This document shows, piece after piece, positions 1-14,475 of a DNA stretch of 64,000 bases. The DNA lies in contig OZ253442.1 in NCBI GenBank assembly GCA_965261085.1, positions 3,936,001-4,000,000 of the forward strand. The letters run 5' to 3'. How positions within the stretch are numbered: position 1 is the first letter of the stretch; each line of letters begins with the position of its first letter. Source of the DNA: a bacterium. Its GTDB lineage: Bacteria > UBA8248. The position numbers and the translations under genes were made by a program. The notes below the pieces were generated by a model, which was not told where the DNA came from, did no database searches, and saw nothing but the letters and a program-made list of their open reading frames with translations.

Positions 1-2933
<2,933 letters not shown>

Positions 2934-3017
2934 TTCAACCCTCCTTGGGAGTAGGTGCGTCATCCCTTGGGCGACGGTCGATGGAACCGCCAAACAAACA
3001 GGCTCAAAAATTCAGGT

Positions 3018-6000
3018 CTAACTCGGCGCCTCGCCGCTCTCAATCAACTCGACATCGAGAGCGAGACTCTGAAGCTCCTTCATCAGCACGTTGAAGGACT
3101 CGGGCAGACTCGCCTCCAGCAAGTTCTCTCCTTTCACGATGGACTCATAAATCCGCGTGCGGCCGGAGACGTCGTCGCTCTTCACCGTCAGTATCTCCTG
3201 CAGCGTCTTGGCGGCGCCGTAGGCCTCGAGCGCCCACACTTCCATCTCACCGAGGCGCTGTCCTCCGAACTGCGCCTTGCCGCCGAGAGGCTGCTGCGTC
3301 ACTAGAGAGTAGGGGCCCGTGGAGCGCGCGTGAATCTTGTCGTCCACGAGGTGGTGGAGTTTGAGCATGTAGATCATGCCCACCGTCACCTTCTGCTCGA
3401 AGGGCTGGCCGTTTTTGCCGTCATACAACTGGGTTTTCCCGTAAGGCGGCAACTTGGCCTCGTCCGTATAGCGGACGATGTCCTGCTCCGTCGCGCCGTC
3501 GAACACCGGCGTCGCGAAATGCTTGCCCAGCACCTTCGCGGCCCACCCCAGGTTCGTCTCCAGTATCTGGCCGACATTCATGCGCGAAGGCACGCCGAGG
3601 GGGTTGAGCACGATCTCAATGGGCGTGCCGTCGTCGAGATAGGGCATGTCCTCCTCGGGAACGATGATGGATACGACGCCCTTGTTGCCGTGGCGGCCCG
3701 CCATCTTGTCTCCCACCTGGAGCTTGCGCTTCATCGCCACGTAGACTTTCGCCATCTTGAGAACGCCGGGGGGAAGTTCGTCACCGCGCTGAAGCTTGGC
3801 TATCTTCTCCTGCAAAATGCTGTCGAGCAATTCCACCTGCTCGCTCGTGTGATCGGACATGGCCGTGATCTGCTCGAGCAGTTCCTTCTCGACGGGCAGG
3901 TTCAGGAGGTTGACGCCGCTGAAACTCGCGAGACCCTCCGCATTGAGTTCCTCCCCCTTGGCGAAGAAACTCTCGCTCGTTCTGGGGTGGACCACATCGT
4001 CGAGGGCGCGCTGCCCGATGAGCAGAGAGCGGATTCTCGCGTCGCCCTCTTCGAGCAGAATACGGATTTCATCCCCATAATCTTTCTCCAGCCTGTTGAT
4101 CTCCGCCTCCTCGAGCGCGAGCATACGGCTGTCCTTCGTCGCGCCTCGCCTGGAGAAGACGCGAACCTCCACGACCGTCCCCTCGATTCCCGGAGGCACC
4201 CTGAGCGAGGAATCGCGAACATCGCCCGCCTTCTCGCCAAAGATGGCCCGCAGGAGTTTCTCCTCGGGGCTTAGCTGTGTCTCTCCTTTGGGCGTGATGC
4301 GCCCGACGAGCACGTCTCCCGGGTTGACTCGCGCGCCCACGCGAACGATGCCACTCTCATCAAGGTCGCGGAGAGCTTCTTCGCTCTGATTCGGGATGTC
4401 GCGTGTAATCTCCTCGGGGCCCTGTTTCGTGTCGCGCGCCTCGATCTGGAACTCCTCAATGTGCAAGGAGGTGTAGATGTCTTCTTTCACCACCTTTTCG
4501 GAGATGACGATGGCGTCTTCAAAGTTGTAGCCGTTCCAGGGCATGAAGGCGACGAGCATGTTTCTGCCCAGAGCGAGTTCACCCTGGTCGGTGGAGAATC
4601 CATCCGCGATGATGTCGCCCTTCTTCACCTCCTGACCTACGTGTACGATGGGCTTTTGGTTGATGCAGGTGTTCTGGTTCGAGCGGCGATATTTCACCAG
4701 ATTGTGGATGTAGACGCCCTCCTCGGCCACGTTGCCGGCCTGCTCGGTCGCGCGAATCACGATTCTGGTCGCATCCACGCTTACCACCCGGCCATCGCAT
4801 TGCGCGATGACGACCGCGCCCGAGTCCCTCGCCGCGATCCCTTCCATGCCGGTGCCGACGTAGGGCGCCTCGGGCCGCAGCAGGGGAACCGCCTGGCGCT
4901 GCATGTTCGAACCCATGAGCGCGCGGTTCGCGTCGTCATTCTCCAGGAATGGAATCAGAGAGGTGGCCACGCTCACCAACTGCTTGGGCGAAACGTCCAT
5001 GTAGTCCACCTGCTCGCGGGGCACCATGATGAACTCACCGCTCGTCCTCGCCGAGACGAAATCGTTGACGAGGTTGCCCTTATCATCAACGGGCGCGTTC
5101 GCCTGGGCAATCTTGTACTTGTCTTCATCGATCGCCGAGAGCCATTCGACGGATTCGCCCACGCGACCGCTCACCACTTTGCGGCAGGGCGTCTCGATGA
5201 ATCCGTACAGGTTCACGCGCGCATACGTGGAAAGACTCGCAATCAGCCCGATGTTCGGGCCCTCGGGCGTCTCGATCGGGCATATGCGGCCGTAGTGGGT
5301 GGCATGGACGTCGCGCACCTCGAAACCGGCCCGATCGCGTGTCAACCCTCCGGGTCCCAGGGCCGAGAGCCTGCGCTTGTGGGTGATCTCCGAGAGGGGA
5401 TTCGTCTGGTCCATGAACTGGCTCAACTGGCTGGAACCGAAAAATTCCTTCACCGCCGCTGTTATCATCTTGGAGTTGACCAAATCGCGCACCAGAAGAT
5501 TGTCCATATCCTGGATGCTCAGTCGTTCGCGAATGGCGCGCTCCATGCGCACGAGACCGACGCGGAACTGGCTTTCGAGCAACTCGCCCACGGAGCGCAC
5601 GCGCCGGTTGCCAAGATGATCGATGTCGTCCACCGTGCCCTGGCCGTGGCGAAGCTCGATGATGTAGCGAACCGTGGCGATGACGTCGTTGAGCGTCAGG
5701 GTTCTCTGATCCAGCGGGAGGTTCAGGCCAAGCTTCGTGTTCAGCTTCAGCCGCCCGATGCGCGACAAATCGTATCGTTTCGAATTGAAGAAGAGATTCT
5801 CGAAAAGCAGCCGCGCCGTTTCCTTCGTCGGCGGATCACCCGGGCGCAGGCGCTTGTAGATTTCAACGAGAGCGTCTTCTTGCGTCTCGCATTTATCCGA
5901 CGTCAGGGTGTCGCGGATGGTCCTGTCCGCGCCGACGCCGGAAACGTAGAGAATCGCCAGCTTGGGGATTTTCTTATCGCGCAATGCGGCGAGAACCTCA

Positions 6001-7064
6001 GACGTGATCTCAAGGTTCGTATCGAAGAGCACCTCGCCGGTTTCGGGATCGGGCACCGGCTGGGCCAGAATCCCCCCGGCGACTTCCTCATCCTTGAGCT
6101 CTAAGATCTCCACACCCGCGGCCTGAAGCTTCCGAAGCACGGCGCGCGTGAATTTGCGCCCCGCTCGCAGAACGAGTTCGCCCGTCTCGGGGAGGACGAT
6201 ATCCTCGAAAATCCTCTGGTTCACCATGAGCTCGGAGAGTTTCTTGTAGTAGGCATCCCTCTTCTCGTCGTAGAAGAGTTCCTCGCTCTGGTAGAAGGAA
6301 TTGAGAATGTCGTCCTTGTCCAGGCCGAACGCGCGCAGCAGGATGGTGACGGGAAGCTTGCGGCGCCTGTCGATCCGGACGAAGAGCAGTTCCTTGCTGT
6401 CGAACTCGAAATCCAGCCAGCTTCCCCGGTAGGGTATGAGTCTGGCCGTGAAGGCCGATTTCGCGCTGGGCTTCGCCTTGTCCGCGCTGAAGAAAGCGCC
6501 GGGCGAGCGGTGCATCTGGCTGACGACGACGCGCTCCGTACCATTGATGATGAAGGTGCCGTTGTCCGTCATGAGGGGAATTTCCCCCAGATATACCTTT
6601 TGCTCCTTCACCTCGCGGACGCGGCGCTCCTTGGTATGCTCATCATGCTCATACACAGTGAGGCGCAGCATGACGCGCAGGGGCGCGACATAGGTCATCC
6701 CTCTCTGGCGGCATTCATCGGCCTCGTGTTTTTGCCGGCAGAAGACCTCCACCCCGTCATCGTCCTTCACGCCGGGGCTGCCCAGACCGGGGTATTCGTT
6801 GCCCTTCGACTCCCAGATGCCTATCTCATAACCCAGATATTCGAGCGTTACGTTCTCGGGCGCATCGGAGATGGGGAAGACGCTGCGAAACACGCCCTCG
6901 AGCCCCTCGTCCGTGCGACGCTCGGAGGATTTCGTTTCCCATTGGAGGAACCGCTCGTAGGAAGAAAGCTGAATGTCGATTAAATTCGGAATATCGATAA
7001 CCGCAGGTATTGAGGCGAAATCCTCACGAACCCGGCGGCCGCTCTTGCCATTTTTCACATTCAT
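3018..7064 (-). CDS. rpoB: DNA-directed RNA polymerase subunit beta
   Basis: 1348 aa; motifs [45 protein letters not shown]. Confidence 0.99.
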   Translation of the reverse strand: MNVKNGKSGRRVREDFASIPAVIDIPNLIDIQLSSYERFLQWETKSSERRTDEGLEGVFRSVFPISDAPENVTLEYLGYEIGIWESKGNEYPGLGSPGVKDDDGVEVFCRQKHEADECRQRGMTYVAPLRVMLRLTVYEHDEHTKERRVREVKEQKVYLGEIPLMTDNGTFIINGTERVVVSQMHRSPGAFFSADKAKPSAKSAFTARLIPYRGSWLDFEFDSKELLFVRIDRRRKLPVTILLRAFGLDKDDILNSFYQSEELFYDEKRDAYYKKLSELMVNQRIFEDIVLPETGELVLRAGRKFTRAVLRKLQAAGVEILELKDEEVAGGILAQPVPDPETGEVLFDTNLEITSEVLAALRDKKIPKLAILYVSGVGADRTIRDTLTSDKCETQEDALVEIYKRLRPGDPPTKETARLLFENLFFNSKRYDLSRIGRLKLNTKLGLNLPLDQRTLTLNDVIATVRYIIELRHGQGTVDDIDHLGNRRVRSVGELLESQFRVGLVRMERAIRERLSIQDMDNLLVRDLVNSKMITAAVKEFFGSSQLSQFMDQTNPLSEITHKRRLSALGPGGLTRDRAGFEVRDVHATHYGRICPIETPEGPNIGLIASLSTYARVNLYGFIETPCRKVVSGRVGESVEWLSAIDEDKYKIAQANAPVDDKGNLVNDFVSARTSGEFIMVPREQVDYMDVSPKQLVSVATSLIPFLENDDANRALMGSNMQRQAVPLLRPEAPYVGTGMEGIAARDSGAVVIAQCDGRVVSVDATRIVIRATEQAGNVAEEGVYIHNLVKYRRSNQNTCINQKPIVHVGQEVKKGDIIADGFSTDQGELALGRNMLVAFMPWNGYNFEDAIVISEKVVKEDIYTSLHIEEFQIEARDTKQGPEEITRDIPNQSEEALRDLDESGIVRVGARVNPGDVLVGRITPKGETQLSPEEKLLRAIFGEKAGDVRDSSLRVPPGIEGTVVEVRVFSRRGATKDSRMLALEEAEINRLEKDYGDEIRILLEEGDARIRSLLIGQRALDDVVHPRTSESFFAKGEELNAEGLASFSGVNLLNLPVEKELLEQITAMSDHTSEQVELLDSILQEKIAKLQRGDELPPGVLKMAKVYVAMKRKLQVGDKMAGRHGNKGVVSIIVPEEDMPYLDDGTPIEIVLNPLGVPSRMNVGQILETNLGWAAKVLGKHFATPVFDGATEQDIVRYTDEAKLPPYGKTQLYDGKNGQPFEQKVTVGMIYMLKLHHLVDDKIHARSTGPYSLVTQQPLGGKAQFGGQRLGEMEVWALEAYGAAKTLQEILTVKSDDVSGRTRIYESIVKGENLLEASLPESFNVLMKELQSLALDVELIESGEAPS

Positions 7065-7158
7065 GCTGGCTCACCTCAAGAAAGTAGGGGCGATACAAGT
7101 AAAGCGCCGAGCCCGCCTCGAACAGCAAGGAACAGGCCATTGGCATCCCGGGTGAGCC

Positions 7159-7542
7159 CTATGTGATTTCCACCTCCGCGCCAACCGCTTTGAGTTTATC
7201 GGCAGCAGCTTCGGCATCTGCCTTTGGAACCGCCTCCACGACGGCATGGGGTGCGCTTTCCACCAAGTCTTTCGCCTCCTTGAGACCAAGGCTGGTCAAC
7301 TCGCGGACGGTCTTGATGACCTTGATTTTTTCCGAACCATAGGCTTTGAGGGTGACGGTGAATTCGGTTTTCTCCTCCGCCGCTTCGCCCGCGTCGCCGC
7401 CGACCGCCATTCCCGCTCCCGCCATCATCATGGGCACGGCTGCAGTCACGCCGAACTTCTCCTCTAGCTCCTTGACGAATTTGCTCAACTCCATCACCGT
7501 CATGTTTTCAATGAAATCGATTACTTCTTCTTTGGTCGCCAC
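7159..7542 (-). CDS. rplL: 50S ribosomal protein L7/L12
   Basis: [11 protein letters not shown]...[24 protein letters not shown]; GTG start chosen after GAGGAAAGG. Confidence 0.97.
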   Translation of the reverse strand: MATKEEVIDFIENMTVMELSKFVKELEEKFGVTAAVPMMMAGAGMAVGGDAGEAAEEKTEFTVTLKAYGSEKIKVIKTVRELTSLGLKEAKDLVESAPHAVVEAVPKADAEAAADKLKAVGAEVEIT

Positions 7543-7652
7543 AATTCGCCCTTTCCTCGCATTCGTAATAAACAATCGGCCAGGTCATGACCATTTTATT
7601 TTGGGAAATTTCGCTGTTTGCCCCCTTCTAAGGGCATACAGCTACATTACAC

Positions 7653-8213
7653 TTATTCTTTCTTTTTGGCAATGGCATCGACAACATTTATGAACTGGGA
7701 AATGACGCCGTTCAGAACTCTCGGCAGACCTGCCACGGGAGCTTGCAAGGCGGAGAGCAACATCGAGAGCAGCACCTCACGCGAGGGCAAGTCTGCAAGC
7801 GACTCCACCTCGGCGGTTTCGAGGAATCTGCCGTCCAGAACCCCGCCCTTGATCTCGCCGGCGGACTTTCCCTTCACGAAGTCCTTGAGTATCTTCGCGG
7901 GCGCCGCGGGGTCGCCGTCTGTCGTCACGATGGAAATCGGCCCGACGAGCCTTCCCCGCAACTCCTCGAAATCCGTGCCCTCCACCGCCCGTTCGGCGAG
8001 CGAATTCTTGACGACGGAGAGCCGAACGCCGGCCTCGCGCGTCTGTCGCCTCAGGGCCGTCATCTGCGAGACGCTCAGCCCGCGATAGTCGAACAACACC
8101 AAAGAGGTGCTCTCGTTGAAGCGATTCCGAAGCGCCTCTATCGCCTCGAGCTTATCGTCGCGGGGCGCTTTGCCCGTCGCCAGTCTCCCCTTCTCCACAA
8201 CTGCTGTCGCCAT
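7653..8213 (-). CDS. rplJ: 50S ribosomal protein L10
   Basis: DYRGLSVSQMTALRR, VVKNSLA, LADLPSREVLL; position in the operon. Confidence 0.97.
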   Translation of the reverse strand: MATAVVEKGRLATGKAPRDDKLEAIEALRNRFNESTSLVLFDYRGLSVSQMTALRRQTREAGVRLSVVKNSLAERAVEGTDFEELRGRLVGPISIVTTDGDPAAPAKILKDFVKGKSAGEIKGGVLDGRFLETAEVESLADLPSREVLLSMLLSALQAPVAGLPRVLNGVISQFINVVDAIAKKKE

Positions 8214-8225
8214 TTCAGGGCCTCC

Positions 8226-8930
8226 TTATTTCAATGCCGCGAGAAGAGACTGGTGGTCTACCCGCACACCGGGCCCCATCGTGCTGGAAATGGTGAGGCC
8301 CTTGAAGTATACTCCTTTGCTCGCTGCCGGCTTCGAGCGAACGAGCGCATCCACGACTGCCGAGACGTTCTCGGAGAGCGCTTTTGCCTCAAAACTCACC
8401 TTACCGACAGGGGTGTGAATAATACCCGCCTTGTCCACGCGGTATTCCACCTTGCCCGCCTTGATCTCCCGAACCATGCGGCCCACGTCGAAGGATACGG
8501 TGCCGGACTTCGGGTTGGGCATCATGCCGCGAGGCCCGAGCAGCCGACCGAGTTTGCCCACGACGCTCATGACGTCGGGCGTCGCCACCACGCGATCGAA
8601 ATCCATCCAGCCGCCCTGAATCTTCTCGGCCAAATCATCCGCTCCCACGTACTCGGCGCCCGCCTCCTTCGCCTCGGCCACCTTCTCGCCCTTGGCGAAC
8701 GCGACGACGCGCTCTTCCTTGCCGATGCCGTTGGGCAGAACGACGCTTCCCCTCACCATCTGCTCCGCATGACGAGGATCCACCCCGAGCTTGGCGCTGA
8801 TCTCGACGGTCTCGTCGAATTTCGCCGACGACGTCTCCTTGACCAAATCCACGGCCTCGGAGAGTTCATGCAGTTTCTCCCGCTCGATTCGTTCGCGGGC
8901 ATCCCGATAATTCTTGCCGCGTTTGGGCAT
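8226..8930 (-). CDS. rplA: 50S ribosomal protein L1
   Basis: [28 protein letters not shown]. Confidence 0.99.
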   Translation of the reverse strand: MPKRGKNYRDARERIEREKLHELSEAVDLVKETSSAKFDETVEISAKLGVDPRHAEQMVRGSVVLPNGIGKEERVVAFAKGEKVAEAKEAGAEYVGADDLAEKIQGGWMDFDRVVATPDVMSVVGKLGRLLGPRGMMPNPKSGTVSFDVGRMVREIKAGKVEYRVDKAGIIHTPVGKVSFEAKALSENVSAVVDALVRSKPAASKGVYFKGLTISSTMGPGVRVDHQSLLAALK

Positions 8931-8948
8931 TTTTTAACCTCCTCCATC

Positions 8949-8984
8949 GTGGTTCGAACGACGCCCGACCCGGACGCCTCCCAC
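8949..8984 (-). promoter_or_regulatory. Putative ribosomal protein L1 autoregulatory mRNA site
   Basis: Minus strand GTGGGAGGCGTCCGGGTCGGGCGTCGTTCGAACCAC lies directly before the rplA RBS and resembles the GUGGGAG...AACCAC L1-binding hairpin. Confidence 0.6.
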
Positions 8985-9001
8985 CTTGGTTCAATAAAAA
9001 A

Positions 9002-9427
9002 CTATCCGCTGACCTCGATTCCCATGCTGCGGGCCGTACCCTCGATGATCTTGACGGCTCCGTCGAGGTCTGCGCTGTTCAAATCCTCTTTCTTGATCTC
9101 CGCTATCTCCTCGAGCTGTTTGCGCGTCACGCTGCCCACGCCCTCGCGCCCGGGTTCGGAGGATCCTTTCGCCAGGGCGGCTGCCTGCTTCAGGAGAGCG
9201 GAGGCGGGAGGACTCTTCATGATGAACGTGAAACTCTTGTCCGCGTACACCGATATCACGACCGGTATGATCGTGCCCTCCTTGCCCTGGGTCTGCGCGT
9301 TGAAGGCCTTGCAGAATTCCATGATGTTCACGCCCTGCTGGCCGAGCGCAGGCCCGACGGGCGGGGCGGGATTCGCCTGCCCGGCCGGTATTTGAAGTTT
9401 GATCATGCCAACCGCTTCTTTCGCCAT
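9002..9427 (-). CDS. rplK: 50S ribosomal protein L11
   Basis: [17 protein letters not shown]...GTARSMG. Confidence 0.99.
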   Translation of the reverse strand: MAKEAVGMIKLQIPAGQANPAPPVGPALGQQGVNIMEFCKAFNAQTQGKEGTIIPVVISVYADKSFTFIMKSPPASALLKQAAALAKGSSEPGREGVGSVTRKQLEEIAEIKKEDLNSADLDGAVKIIEGTARSMGIEVSG

Positions 9428-9550
9428 TTTACCCTCTCGGAGCAACCAAAGCCTGAATCTTCGCCCGGGCCTTGCCTCTCTCTATCTTCCCAGACGCCAC
9501 GAACACTGCGCGATGGCGCGGAGCCTCGCCTCCAGTGAACCTTTTCTCCC

Positions 9551-10078
9551 CTACACCTTCTCCACCTGGAGCATCTCCAGTTCCACGGGCGTCGCACGGC
9601 CGAAAATGCTGACCATGACCTTGAGCTTTCCTCTATCGGGGTGAACCTCGTCGATCTCGCCGGTGAAGTTCACGAAGGGCCCGTCTATCACCCGGATGTT
9701 CTCGCCTTTTTCGAAATCAATCTTGGGCTTGGGCTTCTCAGCCTCTCCACTTATCTGCTTCAGAATGTTTTCCATCTCGGCTTCGGAGAGAGGGCTCGGA
9801 GACGTTCCGCCCAGAAAACCCGTCACCTTCGGCGTGTTCTTGACGACATACCAAGTGTCCTCGTCGCACTCCATGCGGATCAGGATGTAGCCGGGGAAGA
9901 ATTTTCTAGAACTCGTCCCCCTCTTCCCGCCCTTTACCTTCACCACCAGTTCGGTGGGAACCACGATTTCGCCGAGTTTCTCCTCGTAAGTCTCCCCGCG
10001 AAACTGCTCTTCGATCGAACGCTTCACCTTGTTTTCAAAACCCGAGTAGGTGTGCACTACATACCAATTCATGGACAT
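9551..10078 (-). CDS. nusG: Transcription termination/antitermination factor NusG
   Basis: WYVVHTYSGFENKV, FFPGYILI, KOW motif VIDGPF, IFGRATPVEL; start trimmed to MSMNWY. Confidence 0.98.
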   Translation of the reverse strand: MSMNWYVVHTYSGFENKVKRSIEEQFRGETYEEKLGEIVVPTELVVKVKGGKRGTSSRKFFPGYILIRMECDEDTWYVVKNTPKVTGFLGGTSPSPLSEAEMENILKQISGEAEKPKPKIDFEKGENIRVIDGPFVNFTGEIDEVHPDRGKLKVMVSIFGRATPVELEMLQVEKV

Positions 10079-10092
10079 GCCGAAATCCTGGT

Positions 10093-10308
10093 TTAGAAGC
10101 CGAAATTGAGGAAATAGCTGACAGCCCGGGACAGCGCCAAATCGACGATACCCAGATATATCGCAATGATGAATACAAACACGAGAGCGACGGCGGTTTG
10201 AGACGCAGTCTGACGCATATCCAGCCACGTCACGCGCTTCGCTTCGCTCTGCACGTCGCGCAGAAAGCCGCGCCCCTGATGAATCCAGCCTACTACCTTA
10301 TTAGTCAT
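10093..10308 (-). CDS. secE: Preprotein translocase subunit SecE
   Basis: FLRDVQSEAKRVTW plus a single TM helix; located between tRNA-Trp and nusG. Confidence 0.93.
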   Translation of the reverse strand: MTNKVVGWIHQGRGFLRDVQSEAKRVTWLDMRQTASQTAVALVFVFIIAIYLGIVDLALSRAVSYFLNFGF

Positions 10309-10368
10309 CCATCCGCTCTCCGCAGCCGCTCCAGATGTTTTCGAACCAAGGTCCGGCCCCCGGGTTCA

Positions 10369-10444
10369 TGGCAGGCCAGGAGGGACTCGAACCCCCAACC
10401 GCCGGATTTGGAGTCCGGTGCTCTACCAATTGAGCCACTGGCCT
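10369..10444 (-). tRNA. tRNA-Trp (CCA)
   Basis: AGGCCAGTGGCTCAATTGGTAGAGCACCGGACTCCAAATCCGG...GTTCGAGTCC...GCCA. Confidence 0.97.
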
Positions 10445-10482
10445 CTGAAAACCTTTATCCTGAAACGACCGCTTTATCCGCT

Positions 10483-11661
10483 CTACTCGACGACCTCTGT
10501 GACGACACCGGCCCCCACCGTGCGGCCGCCCTCGCGTATCGCAAATCGCAACTCGCGCTCCATCGCTATCGGCGTGATCAACTCCACATCCAGCGCAACG
10601 TTGTCCCCGGGCATCACCATCTCACGTCCCTCCGGCAGCGTCACCAAACCCGTCACGTCCGTCGTACGAAAATAAAACTGCGGCCGGTACCCGTTGAAAA
10701 ACGGCGTGTGCCGACCACCCTCTTCTTTCGTCAGTATGTACACCTCGCCCTTGAACTTCATGTGCGGCAGTATCGAGGCCGGCTGCGCCAGTACCTGCCC
10801 GCGCTCTATCTCGTCTTTTTTCACACCCCGAAGCAAGACCCCCACGTTGTCACCCGCCTGGCCCTGGTCCAGAAGTTTCCGGAACATCTCAACCCCCGTC
10901 GCCACCGTCTTGCGAGTGTCCGTGATGCCCACTATCTCCACCTCGTCCCCCACGTTCACGATCCCCCGCTCCACCCGGCCCGTCGCCACCGTGCCACGGC
11001 CCGAAATCGAGAACACGTCCTCCACAGGCATCAGGAACGGCTTGTCCACGTCCCGTAGCGGCTCGGGGATATAACTGTCCACCGCATCCATCAGAGCGTC
11101 TATCGAGGATGAGTCCGTCCCCTCCAAGGCCCGCAGCGCGGAACCCGGAACCACCGGTAGGTCGTCGCCCGGGAACTCATAGGTCGAGAGAAGCTCGCGC
11201 ACTTCCAGTTCCACCAACTCCAAAAGCTCCTCATCGTCCACCATGTCCACCTTGTTCAGAAAAACACAGATGTAGGGAACTCCCACCTGACGAGCCAGCA
11301 AGATGTGCTCGCGCGTCTGCGGCATCGGCCCGTCCGCCGCCGATACCACCAGTATCGCCCCGTCCATCTGGGCAGCGCCCGTTATCATGTTCTTCACGTA
11401 GTCCGCATGGCCCGGACAGTCCACGTGCGCGTAGTGGCGCTTCTCCGTCTCGTACTCCACGTGCGCCGTCGCTATCGTGATGCCACGCTCGCGCTCCTCC
11501 GGCGCCTTGTCGATCTCGTCGAACCCGATCTCCTCCGCCATCCCCTTCTGCGCCAGATGCTTCGTGATCGCCGCCGTCAACGTCGTCTTCCCATGGTCCA
11601 CGTGTCCTATCGTCCCTACGTTCACGTGCGGCTTCGTGCGTACAAACTTCGCCTTCGCCAT
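10483..11661 (-). CDS. tuf: Elongation factor Tu
   Basis: [28 protein letters not shown]. Confidence 0.99.
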   Translation of the reverse strand: MAKAKFVRTKPHVNVGTIGHVDHGKTTLTAAITKHLAQKGMAEEIGFDEIDKAPEERERGITIATAHVEYETEKRHYAHVDCPGHADYVKNMITGAAQMDGAILVVSAADGPMPQTREHILLARQVGVPYICVFLNKVDMVDDEELLELVELEVRELLSTYEFPGDDLPVVPGSALRALEGTDSSSIDALMDAVDSYIPEPLRDVDKPFLMPVEDVFSISGRGTVATGRVERGIVNVGDEVEIVGITDTRKTVATGVEMFRKLLDQGQAGDNVGVLLRGVKKDEIERGQVLAQPASILPHMKFKGEVYILTKEEGGRHTPFFNGYRPQFYFRTTDVTGLVTLPEGREMVMPGDNVALDVELITPIAMERELRFAIREGGRTVGAGVVTEVVE

Positions 11662-11890
11662 GGCTTACCTTCTCCTTCTGATGAAAATTTCAAAAATTAT
11701 ATCTTTCGGGGGAGAGGAACCACTTCCTCTCTTTTTTGTCGTTCCCGAAAAATGCGCCTTTATACCCGCTCGACCGAAATCTTGTCTATAGCCAAAGGGG
11801 ATAATTGCGAACCCGAGAAATTCCAAGGCGTTTCGCGCAATTTACAGGATAATGCACGAATCTCGAAATTTCAATGAATTCCGCCTGCCC

Positions 11891-11966
11891 TGGAGCCCAC
11901 GACCGGACTTGAACCGGTGACCTCTTCCTTACCAAGGAAGTGCTCTGCCGGCTGAGCTACGTGGGC
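11891..11966 (-). tRNA. tRNA-Thr (GGT)
   Basis: GCCCACGTAGCTCAG...CTTGGTAAG...GGTTCAAGTCC...TCCA cloverleaf. Confidence 0.96.
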
Positions 11967-12146
11967 TGGCTGAGTCACGGTCGTACGAATACCATTTGTT
12001 TCAGCCAGAGCAACCTCAGCGAACGATGAGCCCGGACATTCGTATCGGGCGGATAATACAGCTTATTTCGGCAAGAGCAACCCCGCGAGCCGAAATCCAC
12101 ACGAATGAAATCCATATCAAGAAAGGGCAAAAGCCTCGAATCATCC

Positions 12147-12222
12147 TGGAGCGGGAAACGGGGCTCGAACCCGCGACCCTCAGCTTGGAAGGCTGATGCT
12201 CTACCAATTGAGCTATTCCCGC
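12147..12222 (-). tRNA. tRNA-Gly (TCC)
   Basis: GCGGGAATAGCTCAATTGGTAGAGCATCAGCCTTCCAAGCTG...TCCA. Confidence 0.96.
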
Positions 12223-12268
12223 CTCTGAGTCCAAAGCGCCTGTCTTCGTCATCCGGGCGATTATCTTT

Positions 12269-12353
12269 TGGTGGGGAGGGGAGGATTCGAACCTCCGAAG
12301 GCTGAGCCGTCAGATTTACAGTCTGATCCCTTTGGCCACTCGGGAACCTCCCC
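12269..12353 (-). tRNA. tRNA-Tyr (GTA)
   Basis: GGGGAGGTTCCCGAGTGGCCAAAGGG...CTGTAAA, long variable arm, ACCA end. Confidence 0.96.
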
Positions 12354-12512
12354 GAAAACCGCCGTTCACCAAAAACTATTAAAAAAACCTTACAGAAACC
12401 ATCAATTCCCTGAACCCGCCGTATCCGCCGAATCCCGGACGGAGAAAACGGGAAACCCGGCGACCCTCCAGCCGGGTTCTCTCCAGCGAAGCTCGGGAGG
12501 CGCGTCCCGCCG

Positions 12513-12588
12513 TGGAGCTGGCGAGAGGACTCGAACCTCCGACCTGCTGATTACAAATCAGCTGCTCTACCAGCTGAGCTACGCCAGC
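12513..12588 (-). tRNA. tRNA-Thr (TGT)
   Basis: GCTGGCGTAGCTCAG...ATTTGTAATC...GGTTCGAGTCC...TCCA. Confidence 0.96.
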
Positions 12589-12603
12589 CAACAAAGGCGG
12601 GTT

Positions 12604-12632
12604 AAATTAGGCCCCCCGGCGCACCTTGTCAA
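12604..12632 (-). promoter_or_regulatory. Sigma70 promoter of the tRNA-tuf operon
   Basis: TTGACA-N17-TAATTT followed by a GC-rich discriminator (AACCCGCC), about 15 nt before tRNA-Thr. Confidence 0.75.
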
Positions 12633-12713
12633 CCCCCTTTATCACCTTTGAAGGGGGGAAAAGCAAGAAGCGCGCGCGAGTTTGCGATCCGCAGCAAGAA
12701 CCGCCATGTCGTC

Positions 12714-13577
12714 TCATACCAGTGAAACAATTTTATGTTTAATACCCAGCTTTTTAGCGAGCGCTTTCAAATCGCCATCAAGTGCCGTTTCAGTAACAAG
12801 CCATGAATCGACGGGCAGGCAGTCGTCTTGAGCCAAAAGAACGGCTCTGTATTTGACGCACTGATAAACTCCACGGCAAAGATCAGCCTCATTCGATTTC
12901 CTAGATTTGACTTCTATAGCCACAGTTTTTCTTTCGCCGTAGAGTACGACATCGACGCGGTCGCCCGACAGGAGTTCGACTTCCGTCAGAGAACTGAAGC
13001 TGTGAAATTCTTTATCGATCTGTTCCGGATTCTCTTTCACCCATAATCGCAGAGTTTTGTGGTTTTCGCCTTCACCCCCGCGCCCACGTCGCAACCCGCT
13101 CTTTTCTGCCTCTTCAGCGTAGAATAGAGTGGGTTCATAAGCCCTTCCGTAGACATTTTGATAGAGGCGTTCCCAATGAGAATAAGCATAAACCTCTTCG
13201 GTCGCCTCATTAACTACACGCTCCCAAAGATGGTTTTTATGGGCATCTTTCCCCCTCAGCCAACGTCTGTTGGGGAAGTGCTTGGAAAGCTGTATTTGCG
13301 CACCGCTGCCCGGTTTTCTCGTGTCTTTTCGAACAAGAAGCACGTTGAGCACAGGTACTGAAAGGTTTTGTTTGCGGATATTTTCCTGCGCAGCCTCCGC
13401 TATGGGTCCTATCCTTGATGCTCGGCCAATACTGCCAAAACCACATTCTATCTCTAACCGGTCTTTTGCTTCGCCGTAGATGAGTGTCCTTCTGTTGTTT
13501 GCTGCAGAAATCAACCAGCGAGTAAGAGGCTCAGTAGCGGCTCGGCTTGTCAGGTTTAAGTCAGTTGGTTCAATCAT
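12714..13577 (-). CDS. Hypothetical protein with C-terminal PD-(D/E)xK nuclease-like domain
   Basis: EVELLSGDRVDVV...AIEVKS...GVYQCVKY matches the E-D-ExK plus QxxxY pattern; visibly AT-richer than neighbours. Confidence 0.65.
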   Translation of the reverse strand: MIEPTDLNLTSRAATEPLTRWLISAANNRRTLIYGEAKDRLEIECGFGSIGRASRIGPIAEAAQENIRKQNLSVPVLNVLLVRKDTRKPGSGAQIQLSKHFPNRRWLRGKDAHKNHLWERVVNEATEEVYAYSHWERLYQNVYGRAYEPTLFYAEEAEKSGLRRGRGGEGENHKTLRLWVKENPEQIDKEFHSFSSLTEVELLSGDRVDVVLYGERKTVAIEVKSRKSNEADLCRGVYQCVKYRAVLLAQDDCLPVDSWLVTETALDGDLKALAKKLGIKHKIVSLV

Positions 13578-14341
13578 TCATCCGACTCTTCAAACGATTC
13601 CCCAGCGCGATTCGAGCGCATCCCGTGGAGCAGGATCGCCGCGGCGACAGAGGCGTTCAGGGAGGACACCACGCCCCCCTCGATGGGGATGCGCACGCGC
13701 GCGTCGCAATTCTTGCGCACCAGCGGCCGCACGCCCTTGCCCTCCGCTCCGATAACCAGCCCGCAAGGCCAGGGGAGTTCATCGACGCCCAAGACTTTCT
13801 CGCCGTGCGCGTCGGCAGCCAGCACCCAGTAGCCCGCCTCCTTGAGCGCAGAGACGGCCCGGACCAGATTCGTCACCCGCGCGAGCGGTACGACCTCCAA
13901 AGCGCCGGCTGCCGCCTTGGCCGCAACGGGCGTGAGGCCCACGGCGTTATCCTTCGGCCAGACGACGCCTCCCGCTCCCAGAGCCGCAGCACTCCTCAAT
14001 ATGGCGCCGAAATTTCTCGGGTCCTGCACCCCGTCGAGCAGCAGAATCGGAGGAGCCGCCGCCGGTTGCGCTTCTATGAGGTCTTCCAGCGCAAGAAGGG
14101 GTGTGGGCGAGACCTCCGCAACCAGGTTTTGATGCTGCGCGGTGGCGGCCTTTTTCGTGAGTTGTTTGAGATCGAGCGCTTCGATAGGAATACGCCGCGA
14201 TTCGGCGAGCCGCACCGCCTCGGCGGCCCTGCGGCTATGGCGTCCATCGGCAAAGAACAGCCGCTTCACCCGCTCGGGTCCGCGCTCCAGGGCCGCCAGC
14301 ACGCTGTGCGCGCCGCAGACGTATTCGGGCCCGGGCCTCAA
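13574..14341 (-). CDS. rlmB: 23S rRNA Gm2251 methyltransferase (TrmH/SPOUT)
   Basis: LDGVQDPRNFGAILRSA, GAEGKG, SLNASVAAAI; downstream of cysS. Confidence 0.92.
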   Translation of the reverse strand: MRPGPEYVCGAHSVLAALERGPERVKRLFFADGRHSRRAAEAVRLAESRRIPIEALDLKQLTKKAATAQHQNLVAEVSPTPLLALEDLIEAQPAAAPPILLLDGVQDPRNFGAILRSAAALGAGGVVWPKDNAVGLTPVAAKAAAGALEVVPLARVTNLVRAVSALKEAGYWVLAADAHGEKVLGVDELPWPCGLVIGAEGKGVRPLVRKNCDARVRIPIEGGVVSSLNASVAAAILLHGMRSNRAGESFEESDE

Positions 14342-14475
14342 TTTTGCACTCTTCTACTCGGTGGAATGAGATGGATCATGCGGCGTTCCCTCCGGCCTCG
14401 GGCCATCTTGGCGCATCATCGAACTCTTGCTGATGGGCAAACCAAGGCATCGGGCCTCGCCCAACGCGGACATCA

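Noticed and set aside
11996-12651. Small ORFs in the tRNA cluster
   Set aside because: They are translations of tRNA genes.
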